This document shows positions 49,185 to 62,038 of a stretch of DNA of 64,000 nt, piece after piece; within the stretch, counting starts at the first letter, position 1; every line of letters starts with the position of its first letter. Made by a program: the position numbers and the translations under genes. Origin of the DNA: Guillardia theta CCMP2712 (Eukaryota; Protista; Cryptophyta); NCBI RefSeq assembly GCF_000315625.1, contig NW_005434638.1, positions 526,121 through 590,120 of the forward strand. Direction: 5' to 3'. A model generated the notes under the pieces. It saw only the letters and a program-made list of their open reading frames with translations. It searched no databases and was not told the origin of the DNA.

Positions 49185-50141
49185 AGGCCGGACGTTAGCG
49201 CAAGGGGTGCAGAATAAAATGTATTTGTTTTCCCTCACAATTTCTCAAAAACGTGGCATTAGCGGTTAGGAAAATTTGAATAATATTCCGTAACGGCTAT
49301 TTCTGGGGGAAAACAATACCTTGTTTTCCCCCAGATGAAGATGTTTTCCCGAGCACTGTTGTGAGCGTTACCGCCTGTTCAAATTGGACTTGAATGGAGA
49401 CCGTGAAAAAAAACTTGCCACCGGGCCTCGATACGCCGCTAATGCCACGTTCTTTTACTCAAAGTTAAGTTAAAAATCAGTACGAGGACAATCAGGAGAG
49501 TCGAGGAGGCTTGACCGGGCCGCTGACACTGTCGCACAGGCCAAACGGCGAGAAGAGAAAAGACAGCGAGAACCAAACCCAATCCTGCCGACTGCTGTCC
49601 CCCAAACTTAACTGATACCTTCACTTAACGGCGCGCAGGACAAGTCCCCCGCGCGGCCATGCCAGCGATGTCGCGGTGGCCGCCGCCGAAGGAATGAGAC
49701 GCATACCGGGATGCACCCGCGATGATGGCAGCGTAGGACAGGGAGGCCTTGAGCTGACGGAAGATCCTGGACCGAATGCGTTTGCAAGTCGGATCACTCG
49801 GCTCACCTGAGACGTCTTGCGAGGCCGAGAGACCATCCAGCGCTGCCGTTTCCTTGTTCCGAAGTTCGCCGAGCGATCCGCCAGCCACCACAGAAAGCGC
49901 AACGCATCGTCCTGCAAGAGGCCATCAGTGCTGGCGATGATGGGAAGAAAGGCCTTTGGCGGGACGTGCTGAGCATATGCATTACGATGCCCTCGGATCT
50001 TCCGCTGTGCTGCCGCTTGAAGTTTGCTCTCGGAGCGAGGTCCGGTATTCCATCATTGTCAGCCACGTTCTATTGTACACAGCGATTTTGAATGCCCGTG
50101 CAAAACAACCTAAATTTACCCCTTGCGCTAACGTCCGGCCT
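49185..50141. mobile_element. non-autonomous terminal-inverted-repeat (TIR) DNA transposon (MITE) with TA target-site duplication (TSD)
   Basis: perfect 24-bp TIR AGGCCGGACGTTAGCGCAAGGGGT at 49185-49208 and its reverse complement at 50118-50141, flanked by TA on both sides. Confidence 0.9.
49454..50061 (-). mobile_element. 5'-truncated RLE-type LINE nested in the MITE
   Basis: 10-bp TSD GCCACGTTCT at 49444-49453 and 50062-50071; encodes QDDALRFLWWLAD..KRIRSRIFRQ, similar to HADALRFLWYLAN..RLRARLFRQ of the 31.6-32.8 kb element. Confidence 0.85.
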
Positions 50142-50330
50142 TAGTGAACCCGGCCCGGGCCTAAACTATCCAACTCCCGAAACTTTGCGCCGAACTTAAA
50201 CTTCTTACTTCAAATCTAAAGCGATCTAAAGTCGCTTTCATTACTCTGAGGCGCGCCCACAACCTACCCCCTAAATGGAACAAGGTTGAAGATTTTTCAA
50301 ATTTCATCAGGATTTTTGCAAAAATATTAA

Positions 50331-52480
50331 GTGTTCCAGAACACGTTTCGTCGAACAAGGCGAGAGACGGGGGAGGAGCGAGCCAAGGTTGAGGTTGAGG
50401 AGGAGGCCCCACAAGCAAGTGGTCAACGGGAGGCCCACCAAGACCATTTTGTAGAGTTGGATCAGCTACACAATCATGGGAGGAGAAACCAGCTTCGCGA
50501 GAAGCAGAAGCAGCTTCCCAAGAGGAACAAGGATCCGCATCGCAAGGAGGAGGGGGAGGAGGGGGAGGAGGGGGAGGAGGGGGAGGAGGAGCTTCGCAAG
50601 AAGAGGGAGCAGCTTCACAAGGAGAAGGAGGAGGAGCTTCGCAAGAAGGAGGAGGAGCTTCGCAAGAAGGAGGAGGAGCTTCGCAAAAAGGAGAAGCTTC
50701 GCAAGAAGAGGGAGCAGCTTCGCAAGAAGAGGGAGCAGCTTCACAAGGAGAAGGAGGAGGAGCTTCGCAAAAAGGAGGAGGAGCTTCGCAAGAAGGAGAA
50801 GCTTCGCAAGAAGAGGGAGCAGCTTCGCAAGGAGAGAGAGGAGCAGCTTCGCAAAAAGGAGGAGGAGCTTCGCAAGAAGGAGGAGGCCCAGCTCCGCAAG
50901 GAGAACCTGGTTTTGAGGCAGATTCCGTCATCTGTAGAGCGAGGGATAGCTTGGGAGGAGTCAGAGGCGGGGCTTGATCGCATGGGCTTTTGCGAGCAGA
51001 GAAAGTGCTTCCGCCTCGATAGCTCGTACTTATCGATGGATGCAAGCCATGTCAGCAACCAGGAGCTTTTTCTCTACTGCCGAGAAGCCTTCACGAAGCA
51101 GCAGAGCTTCCTGAGAGAGCGAGTGCTGGAGCAAGGCGCTCTGGGCTGGATCCAAGGGCCGCCAGGTACAGGGAAGACGACTACGACGCTAGCGTTCTGC
51201 CTGTCGCTGGACATGAAAGAGTGGATGGTGACTTTTCTCAGGCTGAAGCCTGTACACATCTACTGCATGCAAGTGGTGGACGGGAGGCGAAGATTTTGCA
51301 AGATCTTGTATAGCTCTGCAGCTGAGGGGTGACGGGAGGCTTTTGCAGGGCGCGAGGGCAAGAAGCATGTGGTAGTACTAGATGGTTTCCTGAGACAGCA
51401 AGAAACTCATCAAGGCGTGTATCGGAGTGTCTGGTATGGCGTGATGCAGACCAGCAACATCGACGGCTGGCTGTCGTAACATCGATGTCATCTCGGGGGA
51501 AGGTGTACATAGAGTGGGATCAAGAAATGAAGCTTGAGACGCATAAGGTTGTTTCCTGGACGCTCGATGAGTACCTGCAGGCGGTGCAGCACGACGAGCT
51601 GTATGAGCAAGTGAAGCCCTTCTTGGAGATGGATGTGGAGGTAGGATGGATGCTAATCACGACATGGGATGGGCAAGAGACGAGAGAGGAGCGGGTCGCA
51701 AGGAAGTACTATCTCGCCGGGGGCTCATGTCGGTTCATGTTCCAGACAACCGTGGCCAATGTGAAAAAGGCATTGGACGACGCCATTGAGAGTGGTACGA
51801 ACCTGGAGACCGTCCTCCAGGGCAACGTAGGAGAGTTTTCGCCGCAAGCTATCAACCGGTTGATAGCATACGTCGAGTTTGGAAGTAAGAGAAGCTGGTT
51901 GCCAGTGAGCAAGTATGTTGCAAGTACGCTTGCGGCGCGTACTGCAGAATCGACTTTGAGGCAGTTGGCTCTTAGTTATGGCATTGGAAATCCGGGCGTG
52001 AAGGAAAGTCTTTTCGAGATGCTTTTCTTCAAGAAGATGGAAGAAACAGGGTTGAGTGTGACTTACCGTGGCCCGAGACAGACCGAGAGCTGGGATCGAT
52101 GTCTTGTGGTGAATTTCTCATCATTGCAAGGCATCAAGACGCTTCCTGCGCAAAATACGTGCTTGAGGCCCATTAGCGCGTTTCAGGGAGGATATGACGC
52201 AGTGATGGTCGACCAAGAGAAGCGGAAGGTGATGTTTGTACAAGCAACGATCGCACAGAAACACTCTTTCAAACTCTCTTTCTTCTTGAAGGCTCTGAAA
52301 GCGCTTAACATCCCGGAAGGTGGGGGGTGGAAGGTGGAGGTTGTTTTCCTGATTCCGGTTGAGGAGCTTGCAAGGTTTGAGATCAAACCCATCGAAGACA
52401 GCGGGGCGCTAAAGGATTACGAATGGAAGAGAGGAGAGGAGGAAATGCAAGCAGAAGTAGCAGGGATTTCTATCTTGTAG
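50331..52480 (+). pseudogene. second Crinkler/CR-like gene: ELRKKEE coiled-coil repeats + P-loop NTPase + PD-(D/E)xK-like nuclease, with nonsense codon and frameshift
   Basis: GPPGTGKTT; in-frame TGA at 51330-51332 followed by KHVVVLDGF (Walker B); frameshift near 51420; YLAGGSCRFMF; GGYDAVMVD..VMFVQATIAQKHSFK. Confidence 0.75.
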
Positions 52481-55400
52481 TCAGGGAGATCCTTAGAGAG
52501 GAGAGGTCACATGCCGAAGAACATCGTTTCTTGAGGCACGCATGGAGGTAGCCAAACCCCTTCACAGTTATGCGGCTGATGTTTGTGAAGAGTAAAGTCT
52601 CGGACATGTGAAGAACAGGCTTTCACTGGTCATGTTGTTCCAATCGAGACGCAGCAGTTCTTCGTCATCCGTCTCCTTTCATGCCGAGGCTGAGAGCCAA
52701 GTGCCTACTTGTCATTGAAGCTGGTGCCCAGATGACTTTATTCGTGCTCGCGCCGGCGCAAGGCACACTCAAACATCTACTCGAGCGTTTGTCCGTTGAG
52801 GGTACTCCATGGAAGGCTGCAGCAGGATTCGATGGAAAGGTCGCCACTTTCCGCTCTTCTTTCCTTGCATCATCATTGACACGACGGTGAAGGTTGTACA
52901 CTGCGACTGCAACAAGTTCAAGCAGCTCTGTTCCTATGTGACAGCGTGCTTGCTCTGGTGCTTGCTATCTTTATTTATGACTAGCTGTTTGTCCCGGCGA
53001 TGCCCGGGAAAGAATTGACAAAGTCCGAGGGTTGTTGAAATGCTGGATGTAAATATACACCACGGTTCCATTTTCTCATCAGCACAAACGCATGAGATGA
53101 TCGTGACCGCTTTTAGAGGTGATGCTTGGAAAAGTCTCACACTTCCTCACACCCAACTCGATGTTTAGACACCTGTCTAAACTGAGAATGCACTGTGTTG
53201 CGTGACCCTTCAAAAACTGATCTCTGTTCTGAGTCTCCTCTGCCCAGGAGCATCTGTGTCCTTCCTACACAATTGATCATTCTTCCTTCCTCTTGGATCC
53301 TTCATCATCTGCTCCTCAAAAATTTTATTGTCTTGCTGTCCCTTTCCTCGACTCTTGTCAATACTGATCAATCTGAAAACTGAAATTTTTCTCTTGACCT
53401 GTAAGGATTTTTGCAGTCGTGCATACGAAGGAAATCAATCTTGGAACAATTTAAGCATATTACTCTGTTTTTATGTTGGGTTGCAAATATTCTGAGATTT
53501 GAAGATGAAGCCTCTTGAGGAAAACAAATTCTGCATCCTGCAACTCTGTTCAAAAGGATGATAGAAAAAACATTAAGTTGAGATGTTACCTGACGGAATA
53601 ATATACACAGAACTTGAAGTTCAACATGTTAGCACCACTGCTTAAAAACTGCTGCAAATTCAGTGAGTAAGGTAACGTAGTTCAGTGAATATTAAGTCCC
53701 TACAGAGGAGTGTTCACAATTCGGGAAGAACCTGAACCTAAGTAACTTTCCCAGCCACCGTCACATCTGGAGGAATGGCTGGTTGCTGAGAAGAGTGTCA
53801 TGCAATATAGCCTAACATAACTTCATGCACATCACCTCAGGTCAAAGAAGACCGATATGTCATTTTAATTTCGCTCCTCTTCTGTTTCCGTGCAGATTGG
53901 GGGGGCTGTTTTCCTTCCACTTCTGTCGCCCTGGCGATGCATGCTGTCGCCCTGGCGATGCATGCGATGCGATGCATGCTGTTATGAACATTCAAAACTG
54001 ATGGTTACGTGAAAAGTCCGGCTAGATGCAAGTGGGAACATACCTTGAGAGGGCGGAGCATGAAGGAAAGATGCTGGTGCGCGGACTGCTCGAATTGTTC
54101 AACGAAGTTGGAGTTGACTGAGAACCTTGTAACAAATTCCTGTTCAAATGGAAGAGGTTTTCAGATTTCTTTTTAGAGAGTTTTGTTTTTTTAGCGCCGA
54201 GACCTTCGGTTACAAATTTTGTAGGTGCAAAGGCTCGCAGCCTTGTAGGATATGCACGAAGTAGAGAAGAGAACAAGAGAAGAGAAGAGTAGGTCAGTAT
54301 ATCTGTATCATTCTAATGGTGAGCTCAGGTGCCTCCTTTTGAATAGTGATTCTCCCGATCAGATCCTCAAGAATGTCTGATCAAGGTTCTACCGTCGTTT
54401 CTTGATTGAGATATAACAAATCCTTCAGGTACCGTTGGAGTGTCAAAGAAAGAAAGCTCTAATGAATTCCCACATCATTAGTTCCACCTAACTGAAAACC
54501 TGCACCGCCGGGCACTAGCCCCACAGCCGCCGCGTGACCGGCACGTCACTTAAACTCAAGTCAGAATCTTCAAATTCTGAGTGGCGTCGGTGTCGACCGT
54601 AAACCCTTGCAGACTCGTCAGGGACGCGAATACGAACGGTTGAGGAAAGGATATTGGCAAGAAAAGATATTGGCAACACTTCACAGAATTCCCAGCTACC
54701 AGCAAAGTATCTTTGTCAGCGTTGAGGAATTCATCAGTTGATAGAAGCCTTGGAACATGCTGCGCTCGACGCCGGGATGATTGCGACTGACCTCATCGCC
54801 CTTCAGGAAATTTATACGACAGATGGAACAGTCTTGCCATTACACAGTCGGAGCAATGTGGTACACCGGACCATGGCTCATACCGCACACACAGTGCACG
54901 TGACAGAGAAAAGGTCACCATGTCCAATGTACCACTCCAGTTCAGCATGGGCAGTGTTCCAAGAAATATATCGCTTCACAATCAATAAATCCTTAGATAA
55001 ACAACAAGCAGACTGCTAGCGAGTAACTTCTCTCTGCAGTGACTAATTTTCCGAAACGAAGTGACAGAGATGTAAAGTATCACTTTCGTTCGAACAAGAA
55101 ATGAGTGCAGACACAGCAGCAACTTCGTTGTCCACGTTTCATATCTTGTTATTCCAACTAGCGTGAGAAATAACCTCGATTTTTTTTTCTTTTTGATGGC
55201 GATTTTCAATTGTTGTACGATGCAGGTTATGTCTTGCGCGAGCCATAAAGATATTTGAGAAGTAGTAGCCTGCAAAACCTAGCACACAGAGACAACAAAT
55301 CTTGCAGTTTCCCCATCGTCTTCGGGCAATCAACCGAAATACAAAACTCTGCAGAAAACTATGGTGAAAGACTCAACGACAAGATAGACAACAATGGACC

Positions 55401-56574
55401 AACCTGACCCAGAACCTGACCTTTCCTGTACAAGACATTATGGCGTGTACTACCTCTCTTCTCTTTCTTCTCTCAATGCTGTCTGTATCGCTTTCTTGCT
55501 GCATAACCTTCTTGCCCATCTGCTACATCGCACCAATCAGCGTGACCATCTCTGATCCGGGCCTTGTAACTCATGTCCCCAGGTTTTTTTCCATTTTTTT
55601 CCGGAGTAACGTGACTTTTCAATGGTCATGGTTTTCATAACATGATCACCAAGCAGTAACGTGATATTTCTCTTTAAAACACATTTAGTATGTCATCACT
55701 CACGAGATCATAGACGTGCACCTGGACGAAAGCCTTCAGTCACGTTACCTCAAAGCAAATACAACAAAACAGTCACGGCATGGTATCTGCTCGGCGATCT
55801 CCCGCCACAAGGGGCGAGGGACGCGGGGGTGGTGAAAAAGCTAGAGAGCTCTAGGTGGAAGGGGGTCATGCGACCCGAGGGTCCTCGAGGGGCGTCACCT
55901 CAACGAGGTTGTCATGATCTATTCGACGGGGTGGAGGTGAGAGAGGGTGTAAATTCATATCCCCTAGTTCTGGGGTAGGGTGGCTCGTAGCGGGAACGGT
56001 CAGTACCGGTGGTGGGGAAAAGTCATAGGTCGGCGGACACTCCTTGGTTCATGCGGATGAAGTTTTTGTATAAAGTTTGAAACACTAATAGAGATTTTTC
56101 AATTTGAAGTGAAAATTACAGGCGTTCGTAACAAAGTGTTCGATCCGACACCTGGTAGGAAGGGCACAGTAGTGGCGACGAATGTGGCGGGGGCGGAAGG
56201 GATTTTCTCAGGGTGGGGTCAGAGTGCGATATTCTTGGGGGTGGGGGTAGTTTTTTAATTGAAGGAACACCCGGAAGTGGGGTGGGGTCCAGGCACTTTC
56301 GGTCCGACTATCGTCGGTGGCTGAGGATGCGAGAGACCTTACGAATGGCGAAACGGCGAGAGCGAGCAGACATGGCGTTTTAGTGTTGCGGCGCACAGAC
56401 CGTTCTCTTTGGTGTTGAGGTAACTCGAAAGATCTGTTGGAACTCAAGGCGCTCAAAGCCTTACACTCAAAGTGGTTCAGTTTCGTGGTGGCGTATGATG
56501 GTTTGACGGTGTGCGTGCGTTTTGATACCATACACATCTAACTCTTTCCCGCTCTCTCGTTGAACTCTTCAATG

Positions 56575-57342
56575 CCAAATCGCCACTTTGCGATTTCGTA
56601 TGATACTCCTCATGCGAACAGAGAAACAGTTGATGAAGTAGATAGGATCCTTGGGCTGCAAACCAATGGAATCTGCAGAGCGAGAGTGATGGCAAGGACG
56701 CCCGATCAACGGGTACAGCTGACGGCATTTAACGAGTTTCCGGATCCAGAAACAGAGTCAAGATATCGCAAGTACTTCATGGAGTCTGGGCTCCTCGATT
56801 CCGATTTTGTTTTCTTCAAAGTACTGGTTTTCTTGGGAACGTTCTACAACATCTCGATGGCTTTGTTCCGATGGGGAAGGGGTCCTTCGAATCGCATGAC
56901 AGATATCTTTGTCTACGTCAGAGTGGTGCTTATCCTCCTTGGCTGGTGGATCATCATCAGGTGGCAGTATCTGCCTTTGAGATGCCGAAGGCTTATCAGC
57001 CAGTTCCTGAGAACTTTGATGGTTGCCCGCGTCTTCATGCACTTCTGCGAGAACTACTACGCGAATTTCACAGTGGATGCAAACATTGTCTTTACGACTC
57101 TGTACTGCCTTGGATCGATCGTCTTCTCCACGACATGGCTGGGCCATCTCGCCTACACGATTCCGGTCTGCATGTCCAGGCACGGTATGCTGCTTTTGAA
57201 GCGTGGGGGATCTCTTTCAATCCAAGAGCTCCCAAATTTCGCTGTCCTGTTTGTCCTGATGGTTGGATTTGCGTTTGCCGCTTACTTTCTGCATGGTCGG
57301 AAGAGGCGAAAGTTCGCTTTGATATGGTGCAAAGGTCAGTGA
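56575..57342 (+). CDS. intronless multi-pass (5-6 TM) membrane protein
   Basis: several hydrophobic helices bracketed by EFPDPETESRYRKYF and GRKRRKFAL. Confidence 0.7.
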   Translation, partial: PNRHFAISYDTPHANRETVDEVDRILGLQTNGICRARVMARTPDQRVQLTAFNEFPDPETESRYRKYFMESGLLDSDFVFFKVLVFLGTFYNISMALFRWGRGPSNRMTDIFVYVRVVLILLGWWIIIRWQYLPLRCRRLISQFLRTLMVARVFMHFCENYYANFTVDANIVFTTLYCLGSIVFSTTWLGHLAYTIPVCMSRHGMLLLKRGGSLSIQELPNFAVLFVLMVGFAFAAYFLHGRKRRKFALIWCKGQ

Positions 57343-57746
57343 CGAGGGGAGAAGGGAAGAAATTCGGGGCAGGATCGATGTGTTATAAAGTGGGGAATAG
57401 TACAGAGAAGAATGTTGTAACAAATGCATGATGTAAATAAACCTTGTATCAGAGATGAATTACATCATGGCAGGATGAGAGGGCCGAAACTTTGTATTCC
57501 TGTTGAACTCGGCATCACGAAGAGGTGAAAACAAGCAGATTTGCGCCACGAACCTCCTGGTTTCCAGGATGAGGTGACAGCAGGGGTAGCTCAGTCATGA
57601 GATTCATGGTCACGGATTCTACAAGTCTGTCATTTGCTCCATGTATGTGCTGGAAGAAAAAAGAGATGGTTTTGACAAGTTGACGATTCTCATGCCGTTT
57701 ATGAAGAGTGCATCAGTGTGTTTGTAGAGGTTCATTTCTCGTGCTG

Positions 57747-59955
57747 CTATATCTCGATCGGTCGATCTACAGAATCAATACGGAACCCAGTCTCGTTCAA
57801 CTCCCAGCGCAGAAACTCCTCCTCCCTTGCCGTCTCCTCCCGTGCACTTGCAATCTGCCAAGAACACCAGAGTTACCTCAAGATCCCTTCCTCCTCTCCA
57901 TCCTTCATTTCACCCTCTTGGTCCACAGATTCCGTGCATTTTCCGTTGTAGCCACGAGCTCCCAATCACCTCCATGAACCGTCCGCAGCTAAATAGGAAA
58001 GTGTTGGTTTCGCGCCGGAGGGCGGATGAGGTGGAGAAGTTGGACAGCATGTGGGAAGGAGGAGATTCAGAGCCGTGGAGGGAAGGAGGGTGCGAGGCGA
58101 GGAGTAAGAGGAAAGAAGAGCAGGGAGTCTTGATCCTGCACCTTGAAAGCGCAAGGGTTGATGGTCCTCTCGTAGTCTCTGAATCGCTCTCCACGAGACA
58201 AAAACTCCTCCCTCAGGTCATAGCGACGCTGGCAGATAGCATTCCTGTCCTCCCTGGATGCAGAGGAGGCTCAGAATGGCTGACTGGACCCTGTCTCCTC
58301 CCTCCCTTACTCTCTCAGAGTCGAGACCTGACAGAAAACAATCTCTTCCATCTGTAGAGTCTCTTCACATCGCAGCAGCCGCGCGCCTTCGCGACTTCGG
58401 TGAGCTGGTCCCTGTCGTTTTGGAACATGTGAGATGCAAGAAGGGGCAGAAGAGCAAGGACTCGACCTTGACCAGCACCAGCTTCCAGCGAGATCCCTCC
58501 AAGTTTTCTGGAAGGAACGGGGCAAAATCGTCACTTCAATTTGTGCGTGCAGAGGTTCATACACACCAGCAATCTCTCTGGGAATCAATTTGCTCTCCAG
58601 CGTGAGAGGCATCTGCACTGGCCTGGAACAGACACAAAGGAAGAGAGAGCGTTTGAGCTGAGTAGCAAAGAGTGGTTTTGGCATGCAAGACCTGAGCGCC
58701 ATGAAGATTTCATCCCAACTTGTAGGATCGCCTTGCACTCTCTCGAACAGTACTCCCTGCATCTGTAGACCTTGCAGGCCTGAAGACCCGAGCATGTCAG
58801 AGCTGCTGCGGAGAGATGAATTCTTACTTGTGGGAAGGGGCAGCGTTGGATCGAAGGCAACGCCGAACTGATAGGATCCAGGTGAAAGAGCCAAGGCGCG
58901 ATCCGTCATGGGACTTGATTCCGGGGTTGCAGAAAACCCCTCCTGACTAGTGTTGATCTCCAACCTGGCTTTCTCCTTGTGAAGAGGTGAATCGTTTCGC
59001 TGGCTATCAAGATTGTCCTTGGACGTTCTGGTCTGCAAATCTGTGAGAGGACGGCATGTCAATGAACCAAGAATTACTGAGGCTTCCTTCAGGTACAATT
59101 CCACATCCTTCGCTCCGCAGTCTATTGCCACATCCAAAGGGGAGAGACCATGGTGATCTTCGATGTAAGTTCGAGCCCCCAGTGAAACCAAAAGCTTTGC
59201 TATCCTGATAGAGCAGTCAGACAAGAGAGTTGTTCGGAATCATTCGAAAACTTACGTGACTTTATCAAAGTCCGCACAGGACAATACGCAGAGATGCAGT
59301 GGGGTTTGGCCATGGATATTTTCTGATACAGCATGGCCTTAGGGAGGTTAAGTCCGCACATAGCTTCAGACTTACGGCAATTCACGTCAGCCTTTCTTTC
59401 AAGTACCAAGGCTTTAATCTCATTCGCACTTCCTCTCACAGCAGCTGAATGAAGCGCCGTGTTACCGTGTCTCATCTGTTTACGAGATCCAATCAGACAC
59501 ATGGGCGTCAGCTAAGATACGCACTTTGATGGCTTCAACGTTGCCGTTTATGCTCTCCGCCGGCTTATCCCTGGAAGATTCCTCACCTGAAGCAGAAGTG
59601 TTAGAACCATAAAATGTTCTTGTCTTGTTCTGAGTTCTTCTAAACGATTTCCCCTCTTCCCATCTAAACCTTCTCTCAAAGGCTCAAATTTTCACGGCTG
59701 GATACAACCTTGTTCTCTAATCGGCTCGCCATGCTACTACCCTCTTCTATCTCCACCTCCGTCTCCCTCATCTACCCCTCCCCTTTGTTCCGCTCTCCTC
59801 CCTCTGCCCCCTCTCCCCCCTTCTCCTCTCCATGCTCGCAACCTCATCTCCTCCCCTGTTCCTCTCAAAACCTGTATGCTCTTACTGTTCCCCTCCTCCT
59901 CTCCCTCTCTCGCTTGCAACTTACATCCGCAGCCTCCCGACGCTACTGCGCCCAT
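57747..59955 (-). CDS. ankyrin-repeat protein, multi-exon, with predicted N-terminal acylation motif; 3' end approximate
   Basis: HGNTALHSAA..KADVN, HGQTPLHL, HGLSPLDVA; predicted first exons splice to MGAVASGGCGCEESS; a YCSRECK MYND-like remnant. Confidence 0.75.
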
Positions 59956-61342
59956 AGCGCGAAATTTGACTCGGGGAGGGGTAGTATGAGTAGTCGCACA
60001 TCAAATGTACCGGTAGTGGATCGTTTTTCTCCGACGATACCTCATCCGATGTATACTTCGGATGGGAATAGGAGGGGTCACAAAGGGTCTCCTTCGGAGT
60101 TCCGTAGGGTGGGGTGTAGATTCAACTGGTGCCCCAGGGGGTAGCCAACAGATATCTCCGACAAATGACAGCTCTGTTTGAAGTGAGGAAGAGAGAGGAG
60201 GGAGGGAGAGAGGGAGGGAGGGAGGGAGGGAGGGAGGGAGGGAGGGAGGGAGGGAGGGAGTGGAGAAGAGTGAGGGAAGAAATAAGAATGAGGGCAGTTT
60301 TCTTTCCGGTCTTTTCGTCCTTCTATATTTTGCCTGTGGTGAACCTCGAGCAACAGAAATGTCACGAAAACTCACCCTTCTCCTATCTCTCCACACTTTT
60401 CTCTTCTCTTCATACTCCTCCCCCATACAGGAAAGTAACAGTTCACAACCACAAACAGCATCAGAAGTGAAAGCATTGTATCTGAATACAAGGATCGCAC
60501 CAGCCCCCCGCCCTCGCTGCGTCTTCCCTTCCTGCTCCTCTTCCTCGTACAGTCCATATCCCCCGACAAGTCATGCCGCTGGAGCGGAGGGGAATAGCGG
60601 CTCGACGCTGTGCCAGATGATGCCAAAGAAGGGACTCTTGGAGCTGGAGACGGAGATCAGAAGGGCTGAAGAGAGAGAGGGAGAAAGAGGAAGGGACCCT
60701 GCAGCATCATCTTCGTCTCTGCCGTCCTCAAAGGTTGTTGCATGATGTGAGGTTGAACTATCGTCTTGTCCGACTATCTCCGTCTCCTCCACGCGGAACA
60801 ATCGCATAAACTTTCGAAGGGCTGGCAGCCTGCAGCAAGTGAGGAGGAGCTGAGGGAACAGGTGGAGCAAAGGCAGGTGGAGCAAGAGGAGCAAGAGGAG
60901 CAAGAGGAGCAAGAGGAGCAGGTGGCGGAGGGTGAGAAGGAAAACGCACGATGCATTCTTGCTTTCCCATACGATCAGCACGCCTGTCGGAGACAACCTC
61001 CGTATACAGCTTTCGGCCTCAAAATCAGCGATTCGAGCAGCTGGGAATCGACAACAACCCGACAAGGCTGGCTCTGACGTCGTTTGCTCCGCTGCTCTGC
61101 GATATGGCAAAATCAAACTTCCCACCCTCAGGTATGGTGAGCAAGAAAGTTACGACAAGTCGAAGGGTCCCATCGGCAGGATGCATGGTCCAGACCCTTC
61201 TGCCTGTAATTATCTTCTTCTCTGACGCTACACAAGGATCAGCTCCTGCTCTTTTCTCTCATCCTCGCTCACCCCTGATGGTGCTGGCGACAAACTCTCC
61301 TCCTTGTCGATCCACGCGGAGAAAGAAGCTCTCGCTTCCTGC

Positions 61343-62038
61343 TCATCTCGTCACTTCCCGCTTTTTCTCATGAGGCCGCATGCTCGCACCCATCTCTGCT
61401 ACCCACAGCCCCGGCAGCTGCGACATGTCGGCGACGTCGAGGTCTTCCTTCCCTGCTACGTGACGCGGAGCATGCGAGTTGGTTTCATTCGGAAGGATGG
61501 TGCCATCGTCACTCCCGCTCCCTCTTGCGTCCTCCTCCTGCCTTGTCTTCGCCTCTACCTCCTCCCTTCCTCCCCCCGCCTCTTCCTCCTCTTCCTCCTC
61601 CCCCTCCTGTTCCACCATCTCATCCTCGAACCAGGGGTCTCCTTCCCCTTCCTTATCTTGAGGGGTGAAGAACCAGCCGAGGTGGGCAAGGCAGCCCTTG
61701 CAGGCGACGCACTGCCATGCGAACCCCGGGTACCACGAGTGTCGAAGCACTCTCCTGCCGTAGATGAGGGAGTTGACAACCCTCCTCGTCCTCAAGACCT
61801 CGAACGACGAGCCGTGGGGGTTGACCAGCACCTGCGTCTGAACATGCTGATCGTTGCCGACCGGGCGGTTACGTCGCTCATGGGCGAAGGGAGAAGTCAT
61901 GGCACGCATGCTGGTCGATGTTGTGACCTTCTTGCCGCATTCGGCGCATGTGAGCCAGGCTCCAGGAGCAGCGAGCGGTCTGTGGGCAGAGCAGAGGAGG
62001 AGGAGGACAGAGAGTTGGCGCGACAGCCTTGCATGCAT
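61343..62038 (-). CDS. signal-peptide CULT (cereblon thalidomide-binding) domain protein; probably further 3' exons toward ~60570
   Basis: MHARLSRQLSVLLLLCSA; CAECG..VNPHGSSFEV..HSWYPGFAWQCVACKGCLAHLGWFF. Confidence 0.85.
   Translation of the reverse strand: MHARLSRQLSVLLLLCSAHRPLAAPGAWLTCAECGKKVTTSTSMRAMTSPFAHERRNRPVGNDQHVQTQVLVNPHGSSFEVLRTRRVVNSLIYGRRVLRHSWYPGFAWQCVACKGCLAHLGWFFTPQDKEGEGDPWFEDEMVEQEGEEEEEEEAGGGREEVEAKTRQEEDARGSGSDDGTILPNETNSHAPRHVAGKEDLDVADMSQLPGLWVAEMGASMRPHEKKREVTR

Noticed and set aside
52500-54480. Exon-like fragments and a 21-bp tandem duplication near 53923-53965
   Set aside because: No consistent open reading frame or recognisable domain could be assembled.
54738-55019. 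DLIALQE resembling an APE-endonuclease LINE motif
   Set aside because: Single short motif with no other APE or RT motifs nearby.
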